The notes: generated from the letters alone by a model not told the origin. A DNA stretch of 64,000 nt from Clostridia bacterium (GCA_029226955.1 JAQXZA010000137.1:13005-77004), one strand, 5' to 3'. Shown: positions 17,491-27,102, counted from the first letter of the stretch. Numbers and translations are program-made.

Positions 17491-18927
17491 ATGGTATTTG
17501 CAGATTTGTTTTTTCTGTACTTTTTTTTGCCTTTGTGCCTGATTTCATATTTCGTATGCAAAAAGATAAAGAATAAAAATACAGTGCTTGTTGTTTTTTC
17601 ACTGATTTTTTATGCGTGGGGCGAACCTGTATGCGTACTTCTCCTTGTATTCAGTGCGTTTATTAACTGGTATCTTGCACTTGTTATCGGGAAATTCCGT
17701 GGGAAACGGGGAGCAAAAATGGCTGTTGCGGGTGCGGTTATTATCGACCTTGCATTTTTGATTGTCTTTAAATACAGCGGATTTCTGGTTGAAAACTTTA
17801 ACGTTTTTTTCCATACAAGTCTTCCTGTTCCGCAGATTCAGCTTCCTATCGGAATAAGTTTCTTTACATTTCAGGCAATTTCCTACATAATGGACTGTTA
17901 CTGGGAAACCGTTGAACCACAGAAACATTTCAAGAATTTCTTGTTGTATCTTTCTTTGTTTCCACAGCTTGTTGCGGGTCCTATCGTGCGTTACAGCGTT
18001 ATCGAAAAAGAAATTACAGACCGCCGCTCTACCGCTGTTGATGTAAGCGAGGGTGCAATGCGTGTAATTATCGGACTCGGAAAGAAAGTAATTATCGCAA
18101 ACAATCTTTACAGCATTGTAACTCAGTTTTTCGGCAGTGAAAGCACTCCTGTCGATATTTCAAACCTCTCGTTTCTCGGAACGTGGTACACAGTAATTAT
18201 GTACTCACTGTATGTTTACTTTGATTTCAGCGGATATTCAGATATTGCAATAGGTCTTGGAAGAATGTTCGGATTCCATTTTGACGAAAACTTCAAATAT
18301 CCGTTTATATGCAAGACAATTACTGAATTTTGGCAGAGATGGCATATTTCACTCAGTTCATTTTTCAGAGATTATCTTTTCTATGTTCCGATTTTTGGCA
18401 AGCCACGTAAATACCTTAATCTTTTGCTTGTATGGTTCTGTACGGGATTCTGGCACGGTGCGGCGTGGAACTTCATTTTCTGGGGACTTTATTACTTCCT
18501 GTTCCTGTTGCTCGAAATAAAAATCGGTAAAAAGCGTCTGAAAAAATGGCCTGTATGGCTGTCGCATATTTACAGTAAAATTGTAATTGTTATAGGTTTC
18601 GGAATATTCTGTTTTACGGATTTGAATCAGCTCGGAAAATTCTTCCTCAACATCAGCGGAATAAGTATGCTTACAAACGGAAATTCCTTTGGCGACATAC
18701 TCACGTGGAACTCTTTCCAAAACAACATAATACTTATTGCAGCCGCAATTATTGCGTCCTTGCCTGTACTTCCGAAGATTAAATACTTCTTTACAAGCTG
18801 GGGCAATAATACGGTTTACGCTGTCGGAAAGATTGCCGGAACGGTTGCCTGTGCAGCGATGCTAATTATCATCAGTATTCTTCTTGTTGATTCAACAAAC
18901 AATCCGTTCCTTTATTTCCGTTTCTGA
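17491..18927 (+). CDS. MBOAT-family membrane O-acyltransferase (AlgI/DltB-like)
   Basis: Polytopic protein with MBOAT signatures FWQRWHISLSSFFRDYLF and GFWHGAAWNF (conserved His). AGGAG SD. Confidence 0.9.
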   Translation: MVFADLFFLYFFLPLCLISYFVCKKIKNKNTVLVVFSLIFYAWGEPVCVLLLVFSAFINWYLALVIGKFRGKRGAKMAVAGAVIIDLAFLIVFKYSGFLVENFNVFFHTSLPVPQIQLPIGISFFTFQAISYIMDCYWETVEPQKHFKNFLLYLSLFPQLVAGPIVRYSVIEKEITDRRSTAVDVSEGAMRVIIGLGKKVIIANNLYSIVTQFFGSESTPVDISNLSFLGTWYTVIMYSLYVYFDFSGYSDIAIGLGRMFGFHFDENFKYPFICKTITEFWQRWHISLSSFFRDYLFYVPIFGKPRKYLNLLLVWFCTGFWHGAAWNFIFWGLYYFLFLLLEIKIGKKRLKKWPVWLSHIYSKIVIVIGFGIFCFTDLNQLGKFFLNISGISMLTNGNSFGDILTWNSFQNNIILIAAAIIASLPVLPKIKYFFTSWGNNTVYAVGKIAGTVACAAMLIIISILLVDSTNNPFLYFRF

Positions 18928-18950
18928 GTTATGTATAAAGGAGAGAAAAT

Positions 18951-20414
18951 ATGGACAACAGAACAACTCAACATAAACCTCAGGCAAAAAAAAGTTTTAA
19001 TTCTCTTAAAAGAAAAGGTGTTGAACACGGTTTTTCAGTAATTTCAATCGCAATTCTTATGGTAGTTTTTTTCCTTACTGCTATATTTTTACTTGTTTTT
19101 CCACGTTCAACCGTTTCAAATATCGAAAAAAGAAAACTTGCAAAATTTCCTGAATTTTCACTTCAATCATATTTTTCGGGAGCATTTACTGCCGGAATAA
19201 CAAACTATTATGACGATACCGTTCCTTACCGTGACGACTTTAAAAATATGGGTAATAACTTTAAGTCTGTTTTCGGATTTCATACTGATGATGAAGTCAA
19301 GGTTATCGGTAAGCCGATTTCGGTTGTTTCCGAGCCGGAAAGCAAACCCGAAAGTAAACCAAGCAAAAACGAAACAAGCAATACAAACAGCAATTCCGAG
19401 TTAAGCAATACTGAACAGAGTTCACAGGTATCGGAAGAATCAAAACCGAAAGACTATACTGTCGAAGACCCTGACGCTTCTTACGAAAACGGTATGATAG
19501 TAGTAAAACAGGACGGTCATTATCGTGCGTTAGAGCTTTTCGGCGGTGGCAGCGGAAACAATTATGTAAAGGCACTTAATGCTTTTCACAAGGATTTAGG
19601 CGACAGTGTAAAGATATATTCTATGATTGCACCGCTTGCAAGCGAATATTACACACCGTCAAACTATTCACAATATAATTCAAGTCAGAAAAAATGCTTT
19701 GAAAGTATTGCGTCAAGACTTGATGACGGCATTATTTCGGTAGATATTACAGATGTACTTGCAAAGCATACGGAAGAACCGATTTATTGTCGTACCGACC
19801 ACCACTGGCAGCCGCTTGGTGCATATTATGCGGCACAGGCATTTGCGTCAGCCGCCGGAGTTGATTTCAAGGACATAAGCACCTTTACCAAAAAGGAAAA
19901 CGAAGGTTTTGTCGGCACAATGTACGCATTCTCAGGTGACGCAAATATTCTCAATGACCCTGAAACCTTTACTTATTACATTCCGCCAAATATTGACCAG
20001 TGTAAAACCTATTACTATGACACTGCCTTTAATTACACGGGAACAGGCAATTTCTTCAATATAGTAGATACACCGAACTCTTACCTTGTATTTATGGGCG
20101 GAGATGAACAGATTGTCAAGGTCAAGACAAATGTCAAGAACGGCAGAAAACTCTGTATCGTAAAGGACAGCTACGGCAATGCCGAACCGCCTTATTATAT
20201 GAATGGTTTTGAAGAAATTTATGTTGTCGATATGAGATACTTTGACCTCAACCTTGTTGACTTTGTAAAACAGATGGGTGTAACCGACCTTCTCTTTACA
20301 ATGGTTTCATATTCAGCAGTAGGTGATAATGCCGATAATCTTGAAAACCTCAGAACACAGGTAAAAGGACAAAAAATCGTTGATGAGGCACTCACCGCAA
20401 AAGATGAAGATTAA
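18951..20414 (+). CDS. DHHW-motif protein (AlgJ/AlgX/DltD-like extracytoplasmic acyl-transfer partner), N-terminally anchored
   Basis: Literal motif CRTDHHWQPLGAYYAAQ. One N-terminal TM helix, then an acidic Ser/Pro/Lys-rich linker (VSEPESKPESKPSKNETSN...). Sits immediately after the MBOAT gene. Confidence 0.85.
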   Translation: MDNRTTQHKPQAKKSFNSLKRKGVEHGFSVISIAILMVVFFLTAIFLLVFPRSTVSNIEKRKLAKFPEFSLQSYFSGAFTAGITNYYDDTVPYRDDFKNMGNNFKSVFGFHTDDEVKVIGKPISVVSEPESKPESKPSKNETSNTNSNSELSNTEQSSQVSEESKPKDYTVEDPDASYENGMIVVKQDGHYRALELFGGGSGNNYVKALNAFHKDLGDSVKIYSMIAPLASEYYTPSNYSQYNSSQKKCFESIASRLDDGIISVDITDVLAKHTEEPIYCRTDHHWQPLGAYYAAQAFASAAGVDFKDISTFTKKENEGFVGTMYAFSGDANILNDPETFTYYIPPNIDQCKTYYYDTAFNYTGTGNFFNIVDTPNSYLVFMGGDEQIVKVKTNVKNGRKLCIVKDSYGNAEPPYYMNGFEEIYVVDMRYFDLNLVDFVKQMGVTDLLFTMVSYSAVGDNADNLENLRTQVKGQKIVDEALTAKDED

Positions 20415-20428
20415 CAAATAAAAACAAT

Positions 20429-20460
20429 AAAGGCGTAAACAATATTAAGTTTACGCCTTT
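20429..20460 (+). other. Stem-loop between the DHHW and FkbH-like genes (weak or partial terminator)
   Basis: 12-bp stem aaaggcgtaaac / gtttacgccttt with an 8-nt loop. There is no T-run beyond the TTT that forms part of the stem. Confidence 0.45.
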
Positions 20461-20483
20461 AAATTAAATTCAGGAGGAATACA

Positions 20484-22277
20484 ATGACTGAACTTGAATA
20501 TCCTTTCGATTCCGAATATATCATCAAAAAAAGAAAATCACTCAAACGCACACTTCTTGCTGACGGCACAAAAAGACTGAAAAAGAAAATTGCTGTTTTC
20601 GGCGGTTCAACAACAAATGATATAGTTGTATATCTTGAACTGTTTTTACTGAATAACGGTATTGAACCCGAATTTTATCAGTCAGAATATGCACAGTACT
20701 GGCAGGACGCAATGTTTCCGAGTGATGAACTGCTGAATTTTAACCCTGATATTGTTTTTATTCACACAACAAACAGGAATATTACAAATTATCCTACGAC
20801 ATCTGACAGCAAAGAAACCGTTAATACCAAACTTGAAAACGAATATAATAAATTTCAGCAGATGTGGCAAAAAATAGCCGAAACCTACCATTGCCCGATA
20901 ATTCAGAATAACTTTGAAATGCCTTATTATCGTCTTATGGGCAACAAGGATTGTAGTGATTATCGTGGACGTTCAAATTTTGTCACACGACTTAATGACA
21001 AATTCTATGAATATGCCGAAAAAACAGAGGGCTTTTATATCAACGATATAAACTTTATTTCAGCGTCATACGGACTTAAAGCGTGGAGCAATCCTGAATA
21101 CTGGAATATGTACAAATACGCTATGTGCATTGACGCTATCCCTGAATTTTCCTTTAACCTTGCAAACATCATAAAGTCGGTATTCGGCAAAAACAAAAAG
21201 GCACTTGCACTCGACCTTGACAATACATTGTGGGGTGGAGTAGTCGGCGACGACGGTGTTGACGGAATACAGATAGGACAGGAAACAGGTGTTTCACAGT
21301 CTTATTATGAATTTCAGGAATATATAAAATCGCTTAAATCTCTCGGAGTAATTCTCACAGTATGTTCAAAAAATGACCACGAAAACGCAGTAGCCGGACT
21401 TAATCACCCGGAGGGAGCATTAAAACCCGACGACTTTATCATTATAAAAGCAAACTGGGAAAACAAGGACAGAAACATTCTTGAAATTGCGTCAGAACTG
21501 AATATTCTGCCCGATTCAATAGTTTTTGTTGACGACAACCCGGCAGAGCGTGAAATAGTAAAGGCACAAATTAAGGGAGTATCTGCACCGACTATGGATA
21601 GTGTAGAAAACTATATCACAACTCTTGACCGCAACGGATATTTTGAAGTTACGAATTTCAGCGAGGACGACCTCAAACGAAACGAAATGTACAAGGCTAA
21701 TGCACAGAGAGCGGCACAACAGGCGACTTTCGGCAATTATGAAGATTATCTTTTAAGCCTTGATATGACAGCGGTAATTGATGATTTTCTGCCCGTATAT
21801 TTGCAGCGTATAACACAGCTTTCCAACAAGAGCAATCAGTTTAACGTGACCACAAAGAGATACACACCGACAGAAATGGAAGAAGTCTTTGAGAACAATA
21901 ATTACATCAGACTTTACGGAAAACTTGTTGACAAATTCGGGGATAATGGTGTAGTATCAGTAGTAATAGGCAAAAAGGACAGCAAAGTTCTGAATATGGA
22001 ATTGTGGCTTATGAGTTGCCGTGTTCTCAAAAGGGATATGGAATTTGCAATGCTTGACAGACTTGTTGAACGCTGTCGTGAACAGGGTATAGAAACAATA
22101 AAAGGTTATTACTATCCTACCGCAAAAAATAATATGGTGCGTGACCTTTACGGCAGATTCGGCTTTGAAAAAATCAGCGAGGATTCTGACGGAAACACCG
22201 TATGGCAGCTTGATGTCGCATCATATCAGAATAAAAACCACGTTATTAAAGTTGAGGACAATTCCTCAATTCAATAA
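20484..22277 (+). CDS. HAD-IIIC / FkbH-like domain protein (597 aa), putative loader of the adjacent carrier protein
   Basis: HAD motif I LALDLDNTLWGGVVGDDG, motif II region LTVCSKN, motif IV FVDDNPAERE. C-terminal acyltransferase-like half. Followed 27 nt later by a carrier protein gene. Confidence 0.8.
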   Translation: MTELEYPFDSEYIIKKRKSLKRTLLADGTKRLKKKIAVFGGSTTNDIVVYLELFLLNNGIEPEFYQSEYAQYWQDAMFPSDELLNFNPDIVFIHTTNRNITNYPTTSDSKETVNTKLENEYNKFQQMWQKIAETYHCPIIQNNFEMPYYRLMGNKDCSDYRGRSNFVTRLNDKFYEYAEKTEGFYINDINFISASYGLKAWSNPEYWNMYKYAMCIDAIPEFSFNLANIIKSVFGKNKKALALDLDNTLWGGVVGDDGVDGIQIGQETGVSQSYYEFQEYIKSLKSLGVILTVCSKNDHENAVAGLNHPEGALKPDDFIIIKANWENKDRNILEIASELNILPDSIVFVDDNPAEREIVKAQIKGVSAPTMDSVENYITTLDRNGYFEVTNFSEDDLKRNEMYKANAQRAAQQATFGNYEDYLLSLDMTAVIDDFLPVYLQRITQLSNKSNQFNVTTKRYTPTEMEEVFENNNYIRLYGKLVDKFGDNGVVSVVIGKKDSKVLNMELWLMSCRVLKRDMEFAMLDRLVERCREQGIETIKGYYYPTAKNNMVRDLYGRFGFEKISEDSDGNTVWQLDVASYQNKNHVIKVEDNSSIQ

Positions 22278-22304
22278 AATAAACTTTTAAGGAGATATTC
22301 AAAA

Positions 22305-22550
22305 ATGGATACCAATACAATTTATGCAAAACTCAACAAGATTTTTCGTGATGTATTTGATGACGATTCAATCACAGTAAATCCAAAGACAACAGCAGAC
22401 GATATTGACGACTGGGACAGCCTTGAACACATCACACTTATTTCAGCGGTTGAACGTGAATTTAAGATGAAGTTCAAAATGGGCGAAATTTCTTCAATGA
22501 AGAATGTCGGTGAAATGGCTGACATTATTGCCGCAAGAACAAAGTTATAA
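22305..22550 (+). CDS. Acyl/peptidyl carrier protein (81 aa)
   Basis: Phosphopantetheine attachment context DDWDSLEHITLISAVEREF. AGGAGA SD. Confidence 0.85.
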   Translation: MDTNTIYAKLNKIFRDVFDDDSITVNPKTTADDIDDWDSLEHITLISAVEREFKMKFKMGEISSMKNVGEMADIIAARTKL

Positions 22551-22573
22551 TACATCACACAAATCATATAACA

Positions 22574-22612
22574 AAAGCGTTCCGTACACTTCAAAATGTC
22601 GGAACGCTTTTT
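22574..22612. terminator. Bidirectional terminator between the convergent ACP and yaaT genes
   Basis: 11-bp stem aaagcgttccg / cggaacgcttt. An A-run lies upstream and a T-run downstream. Confidence 0.8.
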
Positions 22613-22622
22613 CAGTTTATAT

Positions 22623-23492
22623 TCAGTCTTTTTCAAGTTTTCTCAGTTGTTCAAGTTCAGATTTTTCAACTTTAATTTGTGCGTCTTTGATAACTTTTAC
22701 GTCGCCGACCTTGAAATGTCTTGGGGCAGCGTCAGGCGACTTGTTCAACGAAATGGTAAGATTGCCTGTAATAAGATTCAGGTCAACAACCGTACCTTTG
22801 CCCTCAGGAGTGCTGACAATAGCACCAATTTTTGGAGTAGTTTTCAAAAGGTCTGTATAAGCCTCCTGTTCATATTTCAGACAGCACATAAGGCGACCGC
22901 AAGTACCCGAAATTTTCACAGGATTAAGTGACATTCCCTGTTCTTTTGCCATTTTTATTGACACAGGCTGAAAATCACCCAAAAACGTATTACAACAGAA
23001 CGGTCTGCCACATATTCCGATACCGCCGAGCATTTTTGACTCATCACGCACACCTATCTGACGAAGTTCAATTCTTGTTCTGAAAATATATGCAAGGTCT
23101 TTTACGAGGTCACGGAAATCAACACGTCCGTCAGCCGTAAAATAAAAAAGAATTTTGTTGTTGTCAAAGGTATATTCAACATTGACAAGTTTCATTTTGA
23201 GATTATGCTGTTCAATTTTCTTCACGCATATATCAAAAGCCTTTTTTTCTTTTTCACGGTTTTCGGCAACTTTTTTGAGGTCATCATCAGTGGCAACACG
23301 AATAATTTTTTTGAGCGGATATGAAATATCACTGTCATCAATATTTCTGTTTTCCATTGCGACTTCACCGCACTCAACCCCACGGCTTGTTTCAACGATA
23401 ACACGGTCACCGTTTTTGAAAATTTCACCGTCAGGGTCGAAATAATATATTTTTCCTACATCTCTGAATCTTACACCTATAATACAAGCCAT
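22623..23492 (-). CDS. ricT: PSP1-domain protein YaaT/RicT (stage 0 sporulation / RNase Y regulator complex)
   Basis: N-terminus GVRFRDVGKIYYFDP and the Cys cluster ICGRPFCCNTFL...CGRLMCCLKYE. Downstream of holB, as in Bacillus. Confidence 0.9.
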   Translation of the reverse strand: MACIIGVRFRDVGKIYYFDPDGEIFKNGDRVIVETSRGVECGEVAMENRNIDDSDISYPLKKIIRVATDDDLKKVAENREKEKKAFDICVKKIEQHNLKMKLVNVEYTFDNNKILFYFTADGRVDFRDLVKDLAYIFRTRIELRQIGVRDESKMLGGIGICGRPFCCNTFLGDFQPVSIKMAKEQGMSLNPVKISGTCGRLMCCLKYEQEAYTDLLKTTPKIGAIVSTPEGKGTVVDLNLITGNLTISLNKSPDAAPRHFKVGDVKVIKDAQIKVEKSELEQLRKLEKD

Positions 23493-23513
23493 ATTTTTCC
23501 TCCGGATTTTATA

Positions 23514-24473
23514 TCAGTTTCTCAGTACGGAACACAGCCACGTACTAAAAAAATTAAGATTTACATTTGTGTTGAGAATATTACGAGCCTTGCTGATATT
23601 TTCCATAATATTGAAAATTCTCTTTTTCGGCAATTTTTTTGCAACTTCAAGGGCAGTTTCGGACAAAGTTTTTGCACCGACAGAGGCTTTGACACATTCC
23701 GCACCGATTTCAAGCATACAATCAAGCACACTTGACGCAAAATTCCTGTTATCCGCAAGTTTTGATGTCAGAAGTAAAAGCTGATATTCCGCAGTCAGCG
23801 GAATTGCACGAAAAATATCCTCAGCAAGTTTCTGAGCCTCCTCGCCGCCGTTTTCAAGCATTTGTAACGACATACCGATATTGCCGTCACATATTGAAAC
23901 AATATGCTTTATTTCGTCAGGATTTTTGTCGGGAAAGCGTTTTGAAATTTCGCTGACAGCCTCAGAAATTCCGACAGGGAACAGCGAGAAAATTCTTGAC
24001 CTTGAACGAACCGTCTGTAAAAGTGACGTTGCCGACATAACCGTCATAATAAAAACGACATTTTCGGGCGGTTCTTCAAGAACTTTAAGAAAAGCATTTT
24101 GTGCCGGTGACTGCATTTTGTCACAGTTAAGAAGTATATACACCTTTGTGTGTGCCTCATTCGGCTTTATGAAAGCAGATGAGCGGATATTTCTTATTGA
24201 ATCAATGCTGTAAGCACCCGAATTATTTCCATCAAAAACGGAAATATCGGGGTGAATTTCCTGTTCAGCTTTTTTACAGTCGGGACATATTCCGCAAGGT
24301 CTTTGATTATCGGACGAACAAACGCAATATTGTGCAATAATCGTTGCAAGAGTTTTTCGTCCCGTACCTTTTGCACCCTCAATAATAATTGCGTGTGGTA
24401 CGGAATTATTACTCATAATTTCCGAAAGTTCATCTTTTACAGTATCGTTTGAAATAAATTCATTAAGCAGCAT
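23514..24473 (-). CDS. holB: DNA polymerase III delta' subunit
   Basis: AAA+ fold with GAKGTGRKTLA, a zinc module CGICPDCKK, and the SRS sensor motif (TVRSRS). Confidence 0.88.
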   Translation of the reverse strand: MLLNEFISNDTVKDELSEIMSNNSVPHAIIIEGAKGTGRKTLATIIAQYCVCSSDNQRPCGICPDCKKAEQEIHPDISVFDGNNSGAYSIDSIRNIRSSAFIKPNEAHTKVYILLNCDKMQSPAQNAFLKVLEEPPENVVFIMTVMSATSLLQTVRSRSRIFSLFPVGISEAVSEISKRFPDKNPDEIKHIVSICDGNIGMSLQMLENGGEEAQKLAEDIFRAIPLTAEYQLLLLTSKLADNRNFASSVLDCMLEIGAECVKASVGAKTLSETALEVAKKLPKKRIFNIMENISKARNILNTNVNLNFFSTWLCSVLRN

Positions 24474-24640
24474 AATAAAATTACTCTCTCACTATTGATA
24501 TATTCAATATTATAAACTATTTTAAGAATATTTACAAGAAGAATGTTCAGCAAAGAAGTCTATTTGTAAAATTTATATTTAATTGTGCAATTTACCGATA
24601 AAATAAGAAAATAATTATTAAAAAAATTCTTGAAATTGTA

Positions 24641-24669
24641 TTCAAAGCACAAAAATTATATGATATAAT
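24641..24669 (+). promoter_or_regulatory. Sigma-A-type promoter for pyrK-pyrD (TTCAAA-17-TATAAT with TG extension)
   Basis: -35 TTCAAA at 24641-24646, 17-nt spacer, then TGATATAAT at 24661-24669. Confidence 0.5.
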
Positions 24670-24710
24670 AAATTCAGGTTAATTTAATGTTTGTTGAAAG
24701 GATTGATTTG

Positions 24711-25469
24711 ATGAAATATGATGCACAGGATTGTGAGCTTATATATAAAGCACAGCTTACGCCTACAATATACGATTTCAGACTGAAAAACAAGGAACTC
24801 GCCGATATTACAAAACCGGGACAGTTTGCACAGGTTGCCGTAACAGGCAAGACCTTACGCAGACCAATATCAATATGTGATGTTTATGACGGTATTATCC
24901 GCCTTGTTTTTGAAGTCAGGGGAGAGGGAACGGAAATTCTCTCACAGTCAAAAGTCGGTGACAAAATAAATATTATTGCACCGCTCGGAAACGGTTTTAA
25001 AATCAATCCGAATAAAAAAACAGTCTTTGTCGGCGGCGGAATAGGTGTTCCGCCTATGCTTTACAGTGCAAAGCAGTGCGGCAGAAATTCATCTGTAATT
25101 ATCGGTTTCAGAAATAAGGACGCAGTTATACTTGAAGACGATTTTAAGAGTATCGGTTGTGATGTTGCAGTAACAACCGACGACGGCAGTTACGGAATTA
25201 ACGGCTTTGTTACACAGCCGCTTGCTGAAATTATAAAAGATGTTGACTTGGTTTGTGCCTGTGGCCCTACACCAATGCTGAAAAATATTGCAAAACTTGC
25301 AAAGGAAAACGGCATTGAATGTCAGGTTTCACTCGAACAGAGAATGGCTTGCGGAGTAGGTGCGTGTCTTGGCTGTGCCGTTGCGGTAAAGCGTGAGGAC
25401 GGCACTCAGGAATATAAGCACGTATGTAAGGACGGGCCTGTTTTCAATGCAGAGGAGGTAGCTTGGTAA
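24711..25469 (+). CDS. pyrK: Dihydroorotate dehydrogenase B electron-transfer subunit
   Basis: FAD/NAD-binding fold (RRPISI, GGGIGVPP) and a 2Fe-2S motif CGVGACLGCAV...C. ATG 24711 lies 8 nt after the SD AAAGGA. Confidence 0.92.
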   Translation: MKYDAQDCELIYKAQLTPTIYDFRLKNKELADITKPGQFAQVAVTGKTLRRPISICDVYDGIIRLVFEVRGEGTEILSQSKVGDKINIIAPLGNGFKINPNKKTVFVGGGIGVPPMLYSAKQCGRNSSVIIGFRNKDAVILEDDFKSIGCDVAVTTDDGSYGINGFVTQPLAEIIKDVDLVCACGPTPMLKNIAKLAKENGIECQVSLEQRMACGVGACLGCAVAVKREDGTQEYKHVCKDGPVFNAEEVAW

Positions 25470-26380
25470 TGGCAGATTTAGGAGTAAATATAGCGGGAGT
25501 ACATTTTAACAATCCTATTATTGCGGCGTCGGGTACAATCGGTTTCGGACACGAATACAGTGAATTTTATCCGTTGTCAGTGTTCGGCGGAATTTCATGC
25601 AAGGGAACAACACTCAAAGAACGTCCCGGCAATCCGCCGCCACGAATTGCGGAAACTCCTATGGGTATGCTTAACGCTGTCGGACTGCAAAATCCGGGTG
25701 TTGAACACTTTATCGAGAATGATTTGCCTTGGCTCAAAAAACAGAATACAGTAGTTATAGCAAATGTTGCCGGAAGTACACAGGAAGATTATTGCAAAAT
25801 GGCGGAAATTCTCTCCGACAGCGATATTGATATGATTGAGCTTAACATTTCCTGTCCTAACGTAAAAGAGGGTGGAGTGCAGTTCGGAACATCTTGCGAG
25901 TCAGTCGGTGCAATTACAAAAGCCGTCAGAAAATACTGCAAAAAGCCGCTTATTATCAAACTTTCGCCGAATGTATCGGATATTGCGTCAATCGCAAAGG
26001 CGGCAGAGGCAGAGGGTGCTGACGCTGTTTCACTTATAAACACTCTTACAGGTATGAGAATTGATATAAATACACGCAGACCGATAATAAAGAATATCAC
26101 AGGCGGAATGTCTGGCCCCGCTGTATTTCCTGTTGCCGTAAGAATGGTATGGCAAGTCAAGAACGCAGTTTCAATTCCAGTTATCGGAATGGGCGGCATT
26201 ACCACATGGAAAGACGCTGTTGAAATGATGATTGCCGGTGCTGACGCAATTCAGATAGGTACGGCACTTTTTACAGACCCTTATGCACCAGTAAAAATTG
26301 CCGAGGGACTTAACACTTATCTTGATGAACACAATATGAAGTCTGTAACCGAACTTACACACACCGTTATAACAGACTGA
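25469..26380 (+). CDS. pyrD: Dihydroorotate dehydrogenase B catalytic subunit
   Basis: Motifs GTIGFG, NAVGLQNPG, ELNISCPN and GGISGPAV-like GGMSGPAVFP. The ATG overlaps the pyrK stop (TAATG) and GGAGG lies 10 nt upstream. Confidence 0.94.
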   Translation: MADLGVNIAGVHFNNPIIAASGTIGFGHEYSEFYPLSVFGGISCKGTTLKERPGNPPPRIAETPMGMLNAVGLQNPGVEHFIENDLPWLKKQNTVVIANVAGSTQEDYCKMAEILSDSDIDMIELNISCPNVKEGGVQFGTSCESVGAITKAVRKYCKKPLIIKLSPNVSDIASIAKAAEAEGADAVSLINTLTGMRIDINTRRPIIKNITGGMSGPAVFPVAVRMVWQVKNAVSIPVIGMGGITTWKDAVEMMIAGADAIQIGTALFTDPYAPVKIAEGLNTYLDEHNMKSVTELTHTVITD

Positions 26381-26396
26381 TTCAGGAGCGATAAAT

Positions 26397-27008
26397 TTGA
26401 CAAAGGTAATTTTAGTCCGTCATTGTCAGGCGGAGGGAAACTTAAAAAGATTTTTTCAGGGCAGAATTGACACCGATATAACCGAAACAGGCAGAAAACA
26501 AATTGGTGAAGTTATGGAACTTCTTAGTGCTGAACCTATTGACGAAATTTACTGTACTTCACTTACCCGTGCAAGAAAAACAGCCGAGGGCATAAATTTA
26601 TACCACGAATTGCCGATACATACGGACGATTCTTTTCTTGAAATTGACGCTGGCGACTGGGAGGGAAAACTGCTTACCGATATTGCAGTTGAATTTCCCG
26701 AACAATACGAAAACTGGTGCAGTAATCAAAAAGATTTTTCCGCACCAAACGGAGAAAGTATGGCACAGGTTTATGAACGTGTAAAAAACGGACTTTTAAA
26801 TATCGTAAAGCAAAATCCGAACAAAATAGTCTGTATTGTTTCACACGGCTGTGCAATAAAAAATATGATGTGTTTTGCACACGGCTGGACTCTTGAAAAT
26901 ATGGACAAAGTTCCGCTTGGTACAAACACATCTGTAAACATTATTGAATTTGACGATAATCTTCAACCGAAAATTATCCTCGAAAATTACACCGACCACC
27001 TTCAATAA
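26397..27008 (+). CDS. Histidine phosphatase family protein (phosphoglycerate mutase / CobC-like)
   Basis: RHG-type motif VRHCQAEGN and a second catalytic His context VSHGCAIK. TTG start. Confidence 0.8.
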   Translation: MTKVILVRHCQAEGNLKRFFQGRIDTDITETGRKQIGEVMELLSAEPIDEIYCTSLTRARKTAEGINLYHELPIHTDDSFLEIDAGDWEGKLLTDIAVEFPEQYENWCSNQKDFSAPNGESMAQVYERVKNGLLNIVKQNPNKIVCIVSHGCAIKNMMCFAHGWTLENMDKVPLGTNTSVNIIEFDDNLQPKIILENYTDHLQ

Positions 27009-27010
27009 AA

Positions 27011-27045
27011 TTGAAAGTTGAAAGTTGAAAATTTAAAATTTAAAA
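27011..27045 (+). repeat. Five tandem heptamers (TTGAAAG x2, TTGAAAA, TTTAAAA x2), C-free, directly after a stop codon
   Basis: Read directly: ttgaaag ttgaaag ttgaaaa tttaaaa tttaaaa. Confidence 0.85.
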
Positions 27046-27102
27046 TTGCCGTTTATTTTGTCTTGTGCAGAATGACGGCATAAATAATACGGAGATACAA
27101 TT

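Noticed and set aside
22504-22931. Plus-strand ORFs 22504..22860 and 22596..22931
   Set aside because: They are antisense to the yaaT/ricT gene and cross a bidirectional terminator. Neither has an SD or any motif.
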